A stretch of 64,000 bases of DNA from Bacillota bacterium (GTDB lineage Bacteria; Bacillota; Dehalobacteriia; UBA4068), in contig JAVBKT010000017.1 of NCBI GenBank assembly GCA_031553915.1, positions 6,357-70,356 of the forward strand, read 5' to 3'. Below are positions 41,944 through 52,359 of the stretch, piece after piece. The notes under the pieces are model-generated. The model made no database searches. It had not been told where the DNA came from and saw nothing but the letters and a program-made list of their open reading frames with translations. The position numbers and the translations under genes are program-made. The number at the start of each line of letters is the position of its first letter. Position 1 is the stretch's first letter.

Positions 41944-43611
41944 TTATGCCGTTGGAATATTGTCTTCATCCTGTAAATTCAGTTCTTCAACAGCCATCTC
42001 TCTTAATTTGAACTTTTGAATTTTCCCGGATGCTGTCATCGGAAAAGCATCGATCGTCCTGATATGTTTGGGGCATTTGTGCCGAGCCAGGCTGGCCATG
42101 CAAAAATCTTTGAGTTCATCCTCTGAGGCTTGCTCGCCTTCTTTCAAGATGACATAGGCCATCACCTCTTCGCCGTATTTGCGGCTGGGTATGGCAATCA
42201 CCTGCACATCAGAAATTTTGGGATTGGTATAAAGGAATTCTTCAATTTCTTTGGGATAGATGTTTTCACCGCCGCGAATAATCATATCCTTGAGCCGGCC
42301 GGTGATGTGATAGTAGCCGTCTTCGTCGAGGGTGGCAATATCGCCGGAATGCAGCCATCCGTCCTCGGTGATAGCCTGTGCGGTGGCTTCCGGCATTTTA
42401 TAGTAGCCCTTCATGATATTATAGCCGCGCGCCATAAATTCGCCGGGCACGTTTTCTGGCAGGGTCTCCCCTGTTTCCGGATCAACAATTCTGCACTCCA
42501 CAAAAGGCAAAGGTTTGCCAACAGAGCTTACGCGTTTTTCCAGAGAATCATTTACTCTGGTCTGGGTACATCCGGGAGAGGACTCTGTCAGCCCGTATAC
42601 GCTGGTGATCTCTGACATGTGCATATCATCAACCACCTGCTGCATGACTTTAATCGGGCAGGGAGAGCCGGCCATAATACCGGTGCGCATCGTAGAAAAA
42701 TCAAACTCGCTAAACTGCGGATGCTCCAGCATGGCAATAAACATAGTGGGAACGCCATGTACGGCAGTGCATTTTTCTTTTTGGATAGCTTCCATAACTT
42801 TTAAGGCATTAAAGTATTCGATCGGAATCATGGCAGCGCCATGTGATACGCAGGCCGTGATCGCCAGGACCATACCAAAACAATGGAAAAACGGCACCGG
42901 AATACACAAGCGGTCCTTTTCGCTAAACTTCATGCAATCAGCAATACTTGAGCCATTGTTGGAGATATTATAATGCGTGAGCATCACACCCTTGGGGTAG
43001 CCGGTAGTGCCGGAGGTGTATTGCATATTGATGACGTCATGCGGATCAAGCGTGGCTTTGCGGGCAGCAAGCTCGTCCTCGCCAACCTCCTTGGCAAACT
43101 CATAGAGCTGATCCCAATTAAACATGCCAGCTGGCGTTTTGTTCTCGCCAAAATAAATAACATTTTTGAGATGAGGCAGTTTTTTGAAAACACTTTTACC
43201 CGGCTCACTGTTCTTCAAATCAGGGTTGAGCTGATTAATAATATCGACATAATTTATATCACGATAGCTCTCCATCATTACCAGCGTAGAGCTATCACTT
43301 TGCTTAAGCAAATATTCTACTTCAAAAATTTTATAGCTGGTGTTCACGGTGACCATGATCGCACCGATTTTGGCAGTGGCAAACATATTGATCAGCCATT
43401 GCTGATGATTGGTTGCCCAAATAGCAACCTTATCCCCTTTGTTAATGCCCAGCGCCATCAAACCACGGGCAACCAAGTCGGTTTCAGCGGCAAACTCAGC
43501 ATAAGTACGGCGATAAGGCCTGTCCGTATAAACCACTGCGTCATGATCCGGATAAAAAGATGCTGTTTTATCAAGCATATCGCCCATTGTAACATTCATT
43601 AATGAATCCAC
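41944..43611 (-). CDS. AMP-binding acyl-CoA synthetase
   Basis: YTSGTTGYPKG, YGLTESSP, GWLHSGD, SGKIQK. Confidence 0.92.
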   Translation of the reverse strand: MDSLMNVTMGDMLDKTASFYPDHDAVVYTDRPYRRTYAEFAAETDLVARGLMALGINKGDKVAIWATNHQQWLINMFATAKIGAIMVTVNTSYKIFEVEYLLKQSDSSTLVMMESYRDINYVDIINQLNPDLKNSEPGKSVFKKLPHLKNVIYFGENKTPAGMFNWDQLYEFAKEVGEDELAARKATLDPHDVINMQYTSGTTGYPKGVMLTHYNISNNGSSIADCMKFSEKDRLCIPVPFFHCFGMVLAITACVSHGAAMIPIEYFNALKVMEAIQKEKCTAVHGVPTMFIAMLEHPQFSEFDFSTMRTGIMAGSPCPIKVMQQVVDDMHMSEITSVYGLTESSPGCTQTRVNDSLEKRVSSVGKPLPFVECRIVDPETGETLPENVPGEFMARGYNIMKGYYKMPEATAQAITEDGWLHSGDIATLDEDGYYHITGRLKDMIIRGGENIYPKEIEEFLYTNPKISDVQVIAIPSRKYGEEVMAYVILKEGEQASEDELKDFCMASLARHKCPKHIRTIDAFPMTASGKIQKFKLREMAVEELNLQDEDNIPTA

Positions 43612-43761
43612 GGTTGCAATTCCTCCGGCCGTTTTTTAGATAAATACTAAATAATCATATAATAATTCTCTATTTATGTCAACAAAATGCTTAAGCTTTT
43701 TTAATAATTATATTATAAACAACTGGTATTTTAACAGCTATTTTGTAAATGTTTCCGCCAA

Positions 43762-44331
43762 TTATACCATATGCAAATGTTCCCATAAAATGTTGCTGCC
43801 CAGCAAAATGAGAATAATGCCGCCCAGGATTTCAGCTACCGCCCGGTATCTGCTGCCAAAGATGTTGCCAAGCTTGACGCCGAGCATAGAAAGCGCCAGG
43901 GTGATAATGCCAATCATTAAAGCCGCCGGGGCTATCTGCACTTGCAAAAAGGCAAAGGATACGCCCACTGCCAAGGCATCAATACTGGTAGCGACAGCTA
44001 AAGGCAACATCGTGTGAAATCGGGTGTCGGCATATTGCTCAAAGCTATCCTTTTGGCGGCTTTTGACACCTGATACTATCATTTTGCCGCCAATAAAGGC
44101 CAAAAGGAGAAAAGCTATCCAATGATCAAACATAGTAATTTTGTCAGCAAACTGTACGCCGATAAAGTAGCCAATTACCGGCATGATAGCCTGAAAGAGG
44201 CCAAAATATAAGCCAATGATCAGCATTTTTTTTAAGTTTGCCCGTGGCAGAGACAGCCCTTTGCCAATGGCTACGGCAAAAGCATCCATTGCTAAGCCGA
44301 CAGATATTAAAAATAGATCGAAAAATGCCAT
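43762..44331 (-). CDS. mntP: Manganese efflux pump MntP
   Basis: GLAMDAFAV, ATSIDALAVG. Confidence 0.92.
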   Translation of the reverse strand: MAFFDLFLISVGLAMDAFAVAIGKGLSLPRANLKKMLIIGLYFGLFQAIMPVIGYFIGVQFADKITMFDHWIAFLLLAFIGGKMIVSGVKSRQKDSFEQYADTRFHTMLPLAVATSIDALAVGVSFAFLQVQIAPAALMIGIITLALSMLGVKLGNIFGSRYRAVAEILGGIILILLGSNILWEHLHMV

Positions 44332-44394
44332 CCCTGCCCTCCTCATTCACTGTTTGATATTCTTGCCCTAAATATTCATATAAGTTTATGTATA

Positions 44395-44426
44395 AAAAAG
44401 AACCGCAATTTTAGCGGTTCTTTTTT
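44395..44426 (-). terminator. Intrinsic terminator after the P-type ATPase
   Basis: AAAAAGAACCGC-AATTTTA-GCGGTTCTTTTTT. Confidence 0.75.
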
Positions 44427-44435
44427 GTCACTATT

Positions 44436-47012
44436 TTATTTTGAAAATTTTGTACGCAGCAGCTTGACGATTTCCACAATCGGAATAATCAGCAGGGCTA
44501 AAACAAGGCTGATTGCCGCATCAGCAAAAGGCAGGGCTGTCAGGCGGAAAACAGTATTCAGTCCCGGAGTATAAATAACTACCAGAGTCAGGACAAAAGA
44601 CAGCACCATCGCGCCAAATAAATATTTGTTATGCCCGTGCATCTTGAACAATGATTTTGTGCGTGATCGCATATTAATGGCATGGAATATTTCGCACATC
44701 GAAAGCGTGAAAAAGGCCATTGTCATCCCTGTCTCCTGGCTTTGGCTATGACCGATAAAGAAAGAGGTCAGAGTTAATGCCGCAATTAATACCCCCTGCC
44801 AAATGACATCAACGCCCAAGCGGCCGGCAAAAATGCTTTCCCTGGGGTTGCGCGGCGGTTTGCTCATGGTATCCGGTTCTGCTTTTTCCATACCCAAAGC
44901 CATGGCCGGGAAGGTATCTGTAATCAAATTAATCCACAAAATATGAATCGGTGCAAACAGGGTCTTCCCTGCTATAGTAGCAATAAAAATAGCGACCACT
45001 TCCGAGAGGTTGGAAGCAAGGAGGAATTGGATGGCTTTGCGGATATTTTCGTATATGCGCCGCCCCTCTTCAACCGCGTAGACGATTGTCGCAAAGTTAT
45101 CATCAGCCAGAACCATATCAGCTACATTTTTGGTAACGTCAGTGCCGGTGATACCCATGCCCACGCCAATATCAGCGGATTTTAGGGCTGGAGCATCATT
45201 GACGCCATCGCCGGTCATAGCAGTGATTTTACCCAGCTTGCGCCACATATTGACAATGCGCACCTTGTGTTCCGGCTGTACGCGAGCATATACTACAATA
45301 TCGTTGATTCTGCGCTCAAATTCCGCGTCATCCATTTCTGACAATTCACTGCCGCTCACAGCCTGGCTGACATCGCTAAGCAGCCCCAAATCACGTGCAA
45401 TAGCAATAGCCGTGTCCTTGTGGTCACCGGTAATCATAATCGCTCTGATCCCCGCTGTTTTGCATTGAGCCACAGCGTCTTTGACCTCAGGCCGGATTGG
45501 GTCTATCATCCCTGCCAGGCCGATAAAGATTAAATCATGCTCAATAGCCTCTGGTGATACATCGTCGGGTATCGCATCTAATTCCCGATAGGCGCCAGCC
45601 AAAACACGCAGCGCTTGGTCTGCCATCTGATGATTTTCCACGATGATTTGCTCTCTTATTTCATCGGTTAATGGCTGAACCGCGCCTTGTAAATATATAT
45701 AGGAAGAATGTTTAAGAATTTCATCCGGAGCGCCTTTGGTATACTGACAATATTTCCCCTCTGCCACGCGGTTAATGGTCGACATCATTTTGCGCTCGGA
45801 ATCAAACGGCGCCTCTGCCACGCGGGCATAAATATTATTGGCCACGCCCAATTTGGCCGCATATTCAACCAGAGCTGTTTCTGTCGGATCGCCCAGCCAG
45901 CCGCCTTCACCATCGCTTTGGCTATCATTGCACAAAGCCATGGCAAGTGCCAGCTGAGCTTCATCGCCATAGGTTTTGACTACAGTCATCTTGTTTTGTG
46001 TCAAAGTGCCTGTTTTATCAGAACAAATAACCTCAGCGCAGCCCAGCGTTTCCACAGCAGTCAGGCGGCGGATAATTGCATTCTTGGAGGACATTTTGGT
46101 GACGCCAATACTGAGCATAACCGTAACAACCACTACCAATCCTTCTGGAATAGCGGCTACGGCTAAGCTGATGGCAATAAGAAAAGCGTCAAATATTTCT
46201 CCGCTGGCAAAACTGCCATCGCGCAATATAGTAAAGGCAAAAATGAAAATACAAATGCCCAGCACCGCAATGCTAAGTATTTTGCTCAGCGAAGCAAGTT
46301 TTTGTTGCAAAGGTGTTTTATCGTCTTCAGTAGCAGCCAAAATATGGGCTATTTTGCCCATTTCCGTGTTCATGCCAATGCCGGTCACCACACCTTCGCC
46401 ACGGCCATAGGTGACAGATGTCCCCATATAAGCCATGTTAACGCGGTCCCCCAACGGCATTTCCTTGCCGTCGCCAATAAGGGCGGCGCTGTCTTTGCCA
46501 ACAGGGACAGATTCACCGGTCAGGGCAGCTTCCTCTATCTTAAGGCTCGCTGTTTCGATCAGCCGCATATCTGCCGGCACAGAATCCCCTGATTCCAGGA
46601 GGACAATATCGCCGACCACAATATCCGCGGATTTGATATTGATAACTATACCATTTCTGCGTACCCGTGTTTGCGGAGCAGCCATTTTTTGCAGCGCTTC
46701 GATGGCTTGCTCAGCCTTGTTCTCCTGTACAATCCCTAAAATAGTGTTTAATACCACTACAACAAGGATAATCACCATATCCGCTATTTCATTAAACGCA
46801 CCGGAAATAAGAGCGGCGGCAATTAAAACAATAATCATCGGGTCTTTGATTTGCTCCCAAATACGCCGGCCAATGCTGGCTTTTTTGGCTTCATCTAATT
46901 GGTTTTTTCCATATTCAAGCTGTCTTTGTTCAATTTCGCTGCTAGTGAGGCCGTCTCTTCTGGTCTGTTTTAGAGCAATAACTTCTTCACTGCTTTGCCA
47001 ATATGACTCCAT
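44436..47012 (-). CDS. P-type IIA (Ca2+/Mn2+) transporting ATPase, YoaB-like
   Basis: LTGES, IPEGL, CSDKTGTLT, KGAPD, MTGDGVNDAPAL. Confidence 0.93.
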   Translation of the reverse strand: MESYWQSSEEVIALKQTRRDGLTSSEIEQRQLEYGKNQLDEAKKASIGRRIWEQIKDPMIIVLIAAALISGAFNEIADMVIILVVVVLNTILGIVQENKAEQAIEALQKMAAPQTRVRRNGIVINIKSADIVVGDIVLLESGDSVPADMRLIETASLKIEEAALTGESVPVGKDSAALIGDGKEMPLGDRVNMAYMGTSVTYGRGEGVVTGIGMNTEMGKIAHILAATEDDKTPLQQKLASLSKILSIAVLGICIFIFAFTILRDGSFASGEIFDAFLIAISLAVAAIPEGLVVVVTVMLSIGVTKMSSKNAIIRRLTAVETLGCAEVICSDKTGTLTQNKMTVVKTYGDEAQLALAMALCNDSQSDGEGGWLGDPTETALVEYAAKLGVANNIYARVAEAPFDSERKMMSTINRVAEGKYCQYTKGAPDEILKHSSYIYLQGAVQPLTDEIREQIIVENHQMADQALRVLAGAYRELDAIPDDVSPEAIEHDLIFIGLAGMIDPIRPEVKDAVAQCKTAGIRAIMITGDHKDTAIAIARDLGLLSDVSQAVSGSELSEMDDAEFERRINDIVVYARVQPEHKVRIVNMWRKLGKITAMTGDGVNDAPALKSADIGVGMGITGTDVTKNVADMVLADDNFATIVYAVEEGRRIYENIRKAIQFLLASNLSEVVAIFIATIAGKTLFAPIHILWINLITDTFPAMALGMEKAEPDTMSKPPRNPRESIFAGRLGVDVIWQGVLIAALTLTSFFIGHSQSQETGMTMAFFTLSMCEIFHAINMRSRTKSLFKMHGHNKYLFGAMVLSFVLTLVVIYTPGLNTVFRLTALPFADAAISLVLALLIIPIVEIVKLLRTKFSK

Positions 47013-47039
47013 CTTATCTTTTTTCTCCTTCGTGTTTAC

Positions 47040-47150
47040 GTTTATGAGTCTGGCTGATTAAGGGTTGCCAGGCAGATAATATTTATCTTACCGTATTGTT
47101 GACAACCCACGACGCAAAAGCTTTCTTCGTCTGCTACTCCCTCACCTTGC
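47040..47150 (-). ncRNA. yybP-ykoY Mn2+ riboswitch
   Basis: - strand GGGAGTAGC...GGGTTGTCAACAATACGG...CCTGGCAACCC...CAGACTC in the leader of a P-type ATPase followed by mntP. Confidence 0.8.
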
Positions 47151-47183
47151 TTAGTATAGCATTCTTTTTCGCTAAAGAAAAGA

Positions 47184-48575
47184 TTATACTACTTTTTCTT
47201 GTTTTGAACAATTAGCCTGACAATTATGCATATTAACGCAGGCCCACAGCTTTTCAGATGCTGGCTGCCATTGATCAGCAACCTCCCGGCATTTAGCAGT
47301 CAAATTATCAATATCTTCCGGCTGGCTCAAATCCGTAGAGGCTGCCCTGGATTTATGAACCATCTCCGCCAGCTTGCCCTGATTATCCAACAATGGGCAA
47401 GGCCTCAGCATATTATCATTGAACGGCTGGTTGTGGTGATACTGCATAAACAGCGGGCGCTGCAATGCCTCTAAAAGCGTATGCTGATAGATATTGGAAT
47501 CAGAGTAATGAATAAAAGCGCAGGGTTCAATGTCACCATTAGCATTAATATGCAGATATCTGCGTCCCCCGGCAATACAGCCTTGTGTATATTCGCCGTC
47601 ATTCCAGAAATCAATTGTAAACAGCGGCTTGCTGTGGCGAAACTCACGTATTTGATGATACATATATTCACGTTGTTCTGCTGATACCAATAAATCTGTG
47701 GGCGCCCCCACCCCGATTGGCATATAGGTGAAAAACCAGGCAAATTTGGCGCCTCTATTAATCAGGTCGTCAAAATATGCTGAGCTGCCGAGCACATCAG
47801 TGTTTTTGCTGGTATAGCAGCAAGAAGCGCCAAAAAGCAATTTCTTTTGCTTTAATATTTCCATGGCGCGGATAACCTTTTGATATGTCCCGGCTCCCCT
47901 GCGGCTGTCTGTTTCCTGTTCAAATCCTTCGATGCTGATAGCCGGCACAAAATTTTTCACCCGCAGCATTTCATTAGCAAATTCCTCATCAATCAGCGTA
48001 CCATTAGTAAAGGAGAGGAACATACAGTCATGATGCTTTTCGCAGAGGCGAATAATATCTTTTTTGCGCATCATCGGCTCGCCGCCGGAATAGATATACA
48101 TAAACATACCCAGCGCTTTTCCCTGCTCGATGATATTATCCAGAGTTTCATAAGTCATGCTGAGCTGGTTGCCGTATTCCGCAGCCCAACATCCCAGACA
48201 CCCCAAATTGCAGGCAGAGGTGGGGTCCATGAGAATGGCCCAGGGAACATTACAGGAAAATTGTTGAGCATATTTCCGCTGTCTGCTCACGCCGATAACA
48301 GCTTGACTGGCAATGAAATTCTCAAAAACAGTTGCCCGTACGCCGTCATCAATATCAGTCCACAGGCTAGTGATGAAGCGATACCAATTATTATCCGGGT
48401 TATGCAAAATTTCCGCAATCACTGCTCTTTGGCTGGCAGTAACATCATCCTTATCCAGCCTTTCTACCCATTTAAACAGCTTGGGCAGACTAGTGTCAGG
48501 ATTATCCTTAATTAATCGCAAAGCCTTTGAAATGCCAAAAGCCTTTAACTGTTCACTAAGCGTCCGGTTAGCCAT
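47184..48575 (-). CDS. Radical SAM protein with C-terminal SPASM/twitch-like region
   Basis: CNLGCLGC, SGGEP, FTNGT, GCIAGG..YLHINANGDIEPC. Confidence 0.9.
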   Translation of the reverse strand: MANRTLSEQLKAFGISKALRLIKDNPDTSLPKLFKWVERLDKDDVTASQRAVIAEILHNPDNNWYRFITSLWTDIDDGVRATVFENFIASQAVIGVSRQRKYAQQFSCNVPWAILMDPTSACNLGCLGCWAAEYGNQLSMTYETLDNIIEQGKALGMFMYIYSGGEPMMRKKDIIRLCEKHHDCMFLSFTNGTLIDEEFANEMLRVKNFVPAISIEGFEQETDSRRGAGTYQKVIRAMEILKQKKLLFGASCCYTSKNTDVLGSSAYFDDLINRGAKFAWFFTYMPIGVGAPTDLLVSAEQREYMYHQIREFRHSKPLFTIDFWNDGEYTQGCIAGGRRYLHINANGDIEPCAFIHYSDSNIYQHTLLEALQRPLFMQYHHNQPFNDNMLRPCPLLDNQGKLAEMVHKSRAASTDLSQPEDIDNLTAKCREVADQWQPASEKLWACVNMHNCQANCSKQEKVV

Positions 48576-48805
48576 AAATCATCCCTCCTTCTCTGCTAGC
48601 ACTATAGAAAAAACTGCTTTGCCTAATTGTTCTTTATATCATTATATATTTGACAAATTATATTTTCATTAGACAGAAACATTCTTTGCCTAAAAATATA
48701 GCAAATAATCGCTTTTGTCTGATTTTCATGCAAAAACGCTGCTTTGTCTATTCAAATCAGCGCCAGCAAATAATATTATATTTAAGGATAGGATGGGAGA
48801 TAATT

Positions 48806-49849
48806 ATGATGATCAATAAAACAGCTTATGTGATGATTAGAGCTGCCGTAAATAAAGGTATCGTAGATATTAAAGAAAACCCGGAGCGTGGTATACGCAA
48901 TCTTGTTGATTTAGGCGTGCAGTTCGCCAAGGGCCGCTTTCAGCAGGATTTTTTTGATATGGCGCAAAATGAGTTGCTGAATACGGACAGCGCGTACTAT
49001 CGCCTGATAGCAGATGTGATTGGTAATACGGATACGGCCTTATTAACGAATATTGGCATGAATGTTGGCTATATCAGCTGGAATGCCGGAGCCAATATGA
49101 TACGCAAAATTGAAAAGAGTGAAAAATTTAATATCCCCTGGACGATTGTCTTTGATCTGGCAAAATGGCAGCAGTTTGATATTAATATTCCCGGCAAAAT
49201 TATTAGCGAAAGCAAAGAGCTGGGGATTTTCTGTCATATCTTTTTTATTAATAGATATTTCTCCCCCGTAGATATGGATCAATTATTAAACCTGATCGCC
49301 AAAGAAAAATGTGTGACCTTCTTCTTGATGCTTGATCCCGCGCAGGTGAACGAAAAACTGATCAGAACTATTCACAAAAGCAAGAATATTTTTACCGCAG
49401 TGGATTGCGATCAGGATGTAGCTAGCTTCAATCAGGCGATTGCTCTGCTCAAAAAAAATAACTGCTTTTTTGGCAGCCTCAGCCATCAGCTGGATCCGGA
49501 GGATGAAGACGCTATTTTGGCTGCCAGCTGCCAGGCCGAAGCAAGCGGCATCCCCTTTTTGTTTATGGCCCAAAATACTAACCCTGTCTTTGACAGCGCA
49601 CATGGTAATGAGGCTGTTTATCATATTCGCAAAAATATGCGTCATGCGGTTTTGCCCATTGATTTGTATGATGATATTATTCGTCTGGATCGCATTATTT
49701 CCAGCGAGCCCTGCATTGTTCATGCCAATGAGGACGGTACTATTACCGCGTTGCGGCATGATAATAGCCATCAAAAAAGCGAACAAAGCATTCTTTCAAG
49801 TCCACTGAAAGAAATGTTTCGTTCGCTTCTGGCCAAACAAAAGGGCTAA
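48806..49849 (+). CDS. Hypothetical protein; apparent cluster-less paralog of the neighbouring radical SAM protein
   Basis: Colinear similarity by eye (IKENPE/IKDNPD, NIPWTI/NVPWAI, HANEDG/HINANG) without CxxxCxxC. Confidence 0.65.
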   Translation: MMINKTAYVMIRAAVNKGIVDIKENPERGIRNLVDLGVQFAKGRFQQDFFDMAQNELLNTDSAYYRLIADVIGNTDTALLTNIGMNVGYISWNAGANMIRKIEKSEKFNIPWTIVFDLAKWQQFDINIPGKIISESKELGIFCHIFFINRYFSPVDMDQLLNLIAKEKCVTFFLMLDPAQVNEKLIRTIHKSKNIFTAVDCDQDVASFNQAIALLKKNNCFFGSLSHQLDPEDEDAILAASCQAEASGIPFLFMAQNTNPVFDSAHGNEAVYHIRKNMRHAVLPIDLYDDIIRLDRIISSEPCIVHANEDGTITALRHDNSHQKSEQSILSSPLKEMFRSLLAKQKG

Positions 49850-49853
49850 GCTG

Positions 49854-50399
49854 CTATTCAACCTCTTCTAATATTTGCTTTGCTATTCCCGCTGCCGCTT
49901 GTTTGATTTTTTCGATAAACTCGTCGGGCGGGATTTTTGCGCCATCTTTCAACCAAATCAAAGTGGTGTTTACTAAAGCCTCCAGGAAAAAGCTTAAATA
50001 TTCATCTTCATAGTCATGCTCTGGCTCATCATCAACAGTATTATTAAAAATGGTTTTCAGCAGGCTAAGATAATATTCAGCAAAAGAATTCTGACCGCTG
50101 AAGCTTAAAGCATTGACATAAAAAACTTTATTATCATATAAATAGGCGCAGATTCTCTCTATAAATAGCCATTTAGAGCTATTTATTAGCTTATCTTCAC
50201 TGATTTTTTTAGCCAGTTCGGAATAGAAAATCCAGTTAACTAAATCAAATTTGTCTTTAAAGTGGTAGTAAAAAGTATTGCGGTTAAGTTCGCATTCCTC
50301 CACAATATCGCTGACGCTGATTTTTGCCAGGGGGTATTTAGTCATCAGTGTTTTCAATCCGTCTGCCAAAATACGTTTGGTGATTTCCGGCTTAGTCAT
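49854..50399 (-). CDS. TetR family regulator
   Basis: ISVSDIVEECELNRNTFYYHFKDK HTH. Confidence 0.9.
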   Translation of the reverse strand: MTKPEITKRILADGLKTLMTKYPLAKISVSDIVEECELNRNTFYYHFKDKFDLVNWIFYSELAKKISEDKLINSSKWLFIERICAYLYDNKVFYVNALSFSGQNSFAEYYLSLLKTIFNNTVDDEPEHDYEDEYLSFFLEALVNTTLIWLKDGAKIPPDEFIEKIKQAAAGIAKQILEEVE

Positions 50400-50567
50400 A
50401 CCAACACCTCAGTAGTATTATAAGCAATTTTTGCCAAAAAGTAAATAAAGCCAGAGTTGTGCAGGTGGGTTATGAGTAAGAATCAGCCGTAATCTTCATC
50501 TTCAGTTAATAATAGCTATATATAATTAAACTAAATATATGTTATACTCTATTTGGGGGGGATAATT

Positions 50568-51242
50568 ATGCCTAATATATTATTGGTTGAGGATAATGAA
50601 CCGCTACGGCAGCTGATGAAAATCAATTTAACACGCCGCGGTTATGTGGTGTTTGAGGCTGTAGATGGCAAGCAGGCATTGGACATGCTGGAGCAGCAGC
50701 CGATACATTTGCTGATATCCGATATTATGATGCCGAATATTGACGGCTTTGAATTGACCACAGAATTACGCAATGCTAATTATAGCCTCCCGGTGCTGCT
50801 GGTTACGGCCAAAGATGCCATGGAAGATAAACGCATTGGTTTTAAAGCAGGCGCAGATGATTATATGGTGAAGCCCATTGATATGGAAGAAATGGTTTTA
50901 CGCATTGAAGCCCTGCTGCGACGCTCCCGTATAGCCAGCGAGCATATTCTCAATATTGGCGAGGTCTCTCTTGACCAGGATTCATTGAGCGTACAAGAGG
51001 GCAATAAGATGACAGTTTTGCCACCAAAAGAGTTTTTTTTGCTCTACAAGCTCCTCTCCTACCCCAATAAGATATTTACCAGACAGGCTTTGATGGACGA
51101 GATCTGGGGATATGACAGCGAAACAGATCCCCGTACTGTTGACGTGCATATTAAACGCCTCAGAGAAAAATTTGCAGAAGAACAGGCCTTTGCCATTCAA
51201 ACTGTACGCGGGCTTGGTTATCGGGCGGTGATTAAAATATGA
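50568..51242 (+). CDS. OmpR-family response regulator (HssR-like)
   Basis: LVEDN, DIMMP, GADDYMVKP, RTVDVHIKRLR. Confidence 0.92.
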   Translation: MPNILLVEDNEPLRQLMKINLTRRGYVVFEAVDGKQALDMLEQQPIHLLISDIMMPNIDGFELTTELRNANYSLPVLLVTAKDAMEDKRIGFKAGADDYMVKPIDMEEMVLRIEALLRRSRIASEHILNIGEVSLDQDSLSVQEGNKMTVLPPKEFFLLYKLLSYPNKIFTRQALMDEIWGYDSETDPRTVDVHIKRLREKFAEEQAFAIQTVRGLGYRAVIKI

Positions 51243-52342
51243 ACCATCATCACCGCCACCATATGAAAAAAATCCATAAAAGGCTGCTCATAGCCTTTTT
51301 CATCTTCATATTTTTTGCCTCCTGTTGTTCAACTATTTTTACAGCGCTAATTCTGGAGCATGCCATCGATGTACAAACTGCGGATGCACAGCTCCTTACT
51401 TTCCTGCCATTGGCTGTGGGGCAGATTGTTTTTCCGATCCTTTTTATCCTCATCTCAATGCTTATCTTTATCACTGTAGCCAAAAAAGTGGTTCGGCCTA
51501 TCGTCAAATTAAGCGAAGCGACCAAGCAGGTTGCCTCAGGCAATTTTGATGTCCAGATTGAGGAATCTATGCGGCGAGACGAAATTGGCCAGCTGGAGAA
51601 AAACTTTAACCGCATGGTTAAAGAGCTACAGGGTAATGAATATTTACGCAAAGATTTTATTGCCAATGCCACCCATGAGTTTCGTACGCCTTTAGCAGTA
51701 ATCAATGGCTATGCCAGGCTTCTGGAAGATGATAGCCTGAGCAAAGAGGAACAAAGGCAATATATTAAGACGATCGAACAAGAAAGCGAGCGTCTTAATA
51801 CGCTTACTGAGAATATTTTACGTATCACAAAGCTGGATAACCAGCAAACACAACATTCCCCTGCTCTCTTTTCTTTGGACGAGCAAATCAGGCAGAGCGT
51901 GCTGTTGCTGGAGAAAAAATGGCTGGCCAAAGATATTGCTTTTAATATCGATCTGGCTAGCGTTGAGTATTTGGGAGAGGAAGAGCTCCTCTTTCATGTG
52001 TGGAATAATCTGCTGGATAATGCCATCAAATATTCAAACCCCGGCGGCACTATCAGCGTGATTATGCCGCCGGTGAAGGATGACATGGTTTGCGTCCAAA
52101 TCAGCGATCAAGGCATTGGCATGGCGCCGGAGACAATATCGCGTATTTTTGAGCAGTTTTATCAGGAAGAGCAATCCCATGAAAGAGAAGGCAGCGGTAT
52201 CGGGCTGGCGCTGGTGAAAAGGATTGTCGAACTGCATCAAGGGACGATTACCGTAGAAAGTATCATAAATGAAGGCAGCGCCTTCTGCATATACTTGCCC
52301 GTCACCGAGGGTGATAGTTCTAATAAAAAAGCAGCCCAATAA
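51239..52342 (+). CDS. Sensor histidine kinase (HAMP-HisKA-HATPase)
   Basis: HEFRTPL, NLLDNAIKY, DQGIG, GSGIGL. Confidence 0.92.
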   Translation: MNHHHRHHMKKIHKRLLIAFFIFIFFASCCSTIFTALILEHAIDVQTADAQLLTFLPLAVGQIVFPILFILISMLIFITVAKKVVRPIVKLSEATKQVASGNFDVQIEESMRRDEIGQLEKNFNRMVKELQGNEYLRKDFIANATHEFRTPLAVINGYARLLEDDSLSKEEQRQYIKTIEQESERLNTLTENILRITKLDNQQTQHSPALFSLDEQIRQSVLLLEKKWLAKDIAFNIDLASVEYLGEEELLFHVWNNLLDNAIKYSNPGGTISVIMPPVKDDMVCVQISDQGIGMAPETISRIFEQFYQEEQSHEREGSGIGLALVKRIVELHQGTITVESIINEGSAFCIYLPVTEGDSSNKKAAQ

Positions 52343-52359
52343 AGGGCTGCTTTTTTATT
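52322..52359 (+). terminator. Intrinsic terminator
   Basis: AATAAAAAAGCAGCCC-AATAAA-GGGCTGCTTTTTTATT. Confidence 0.8.
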
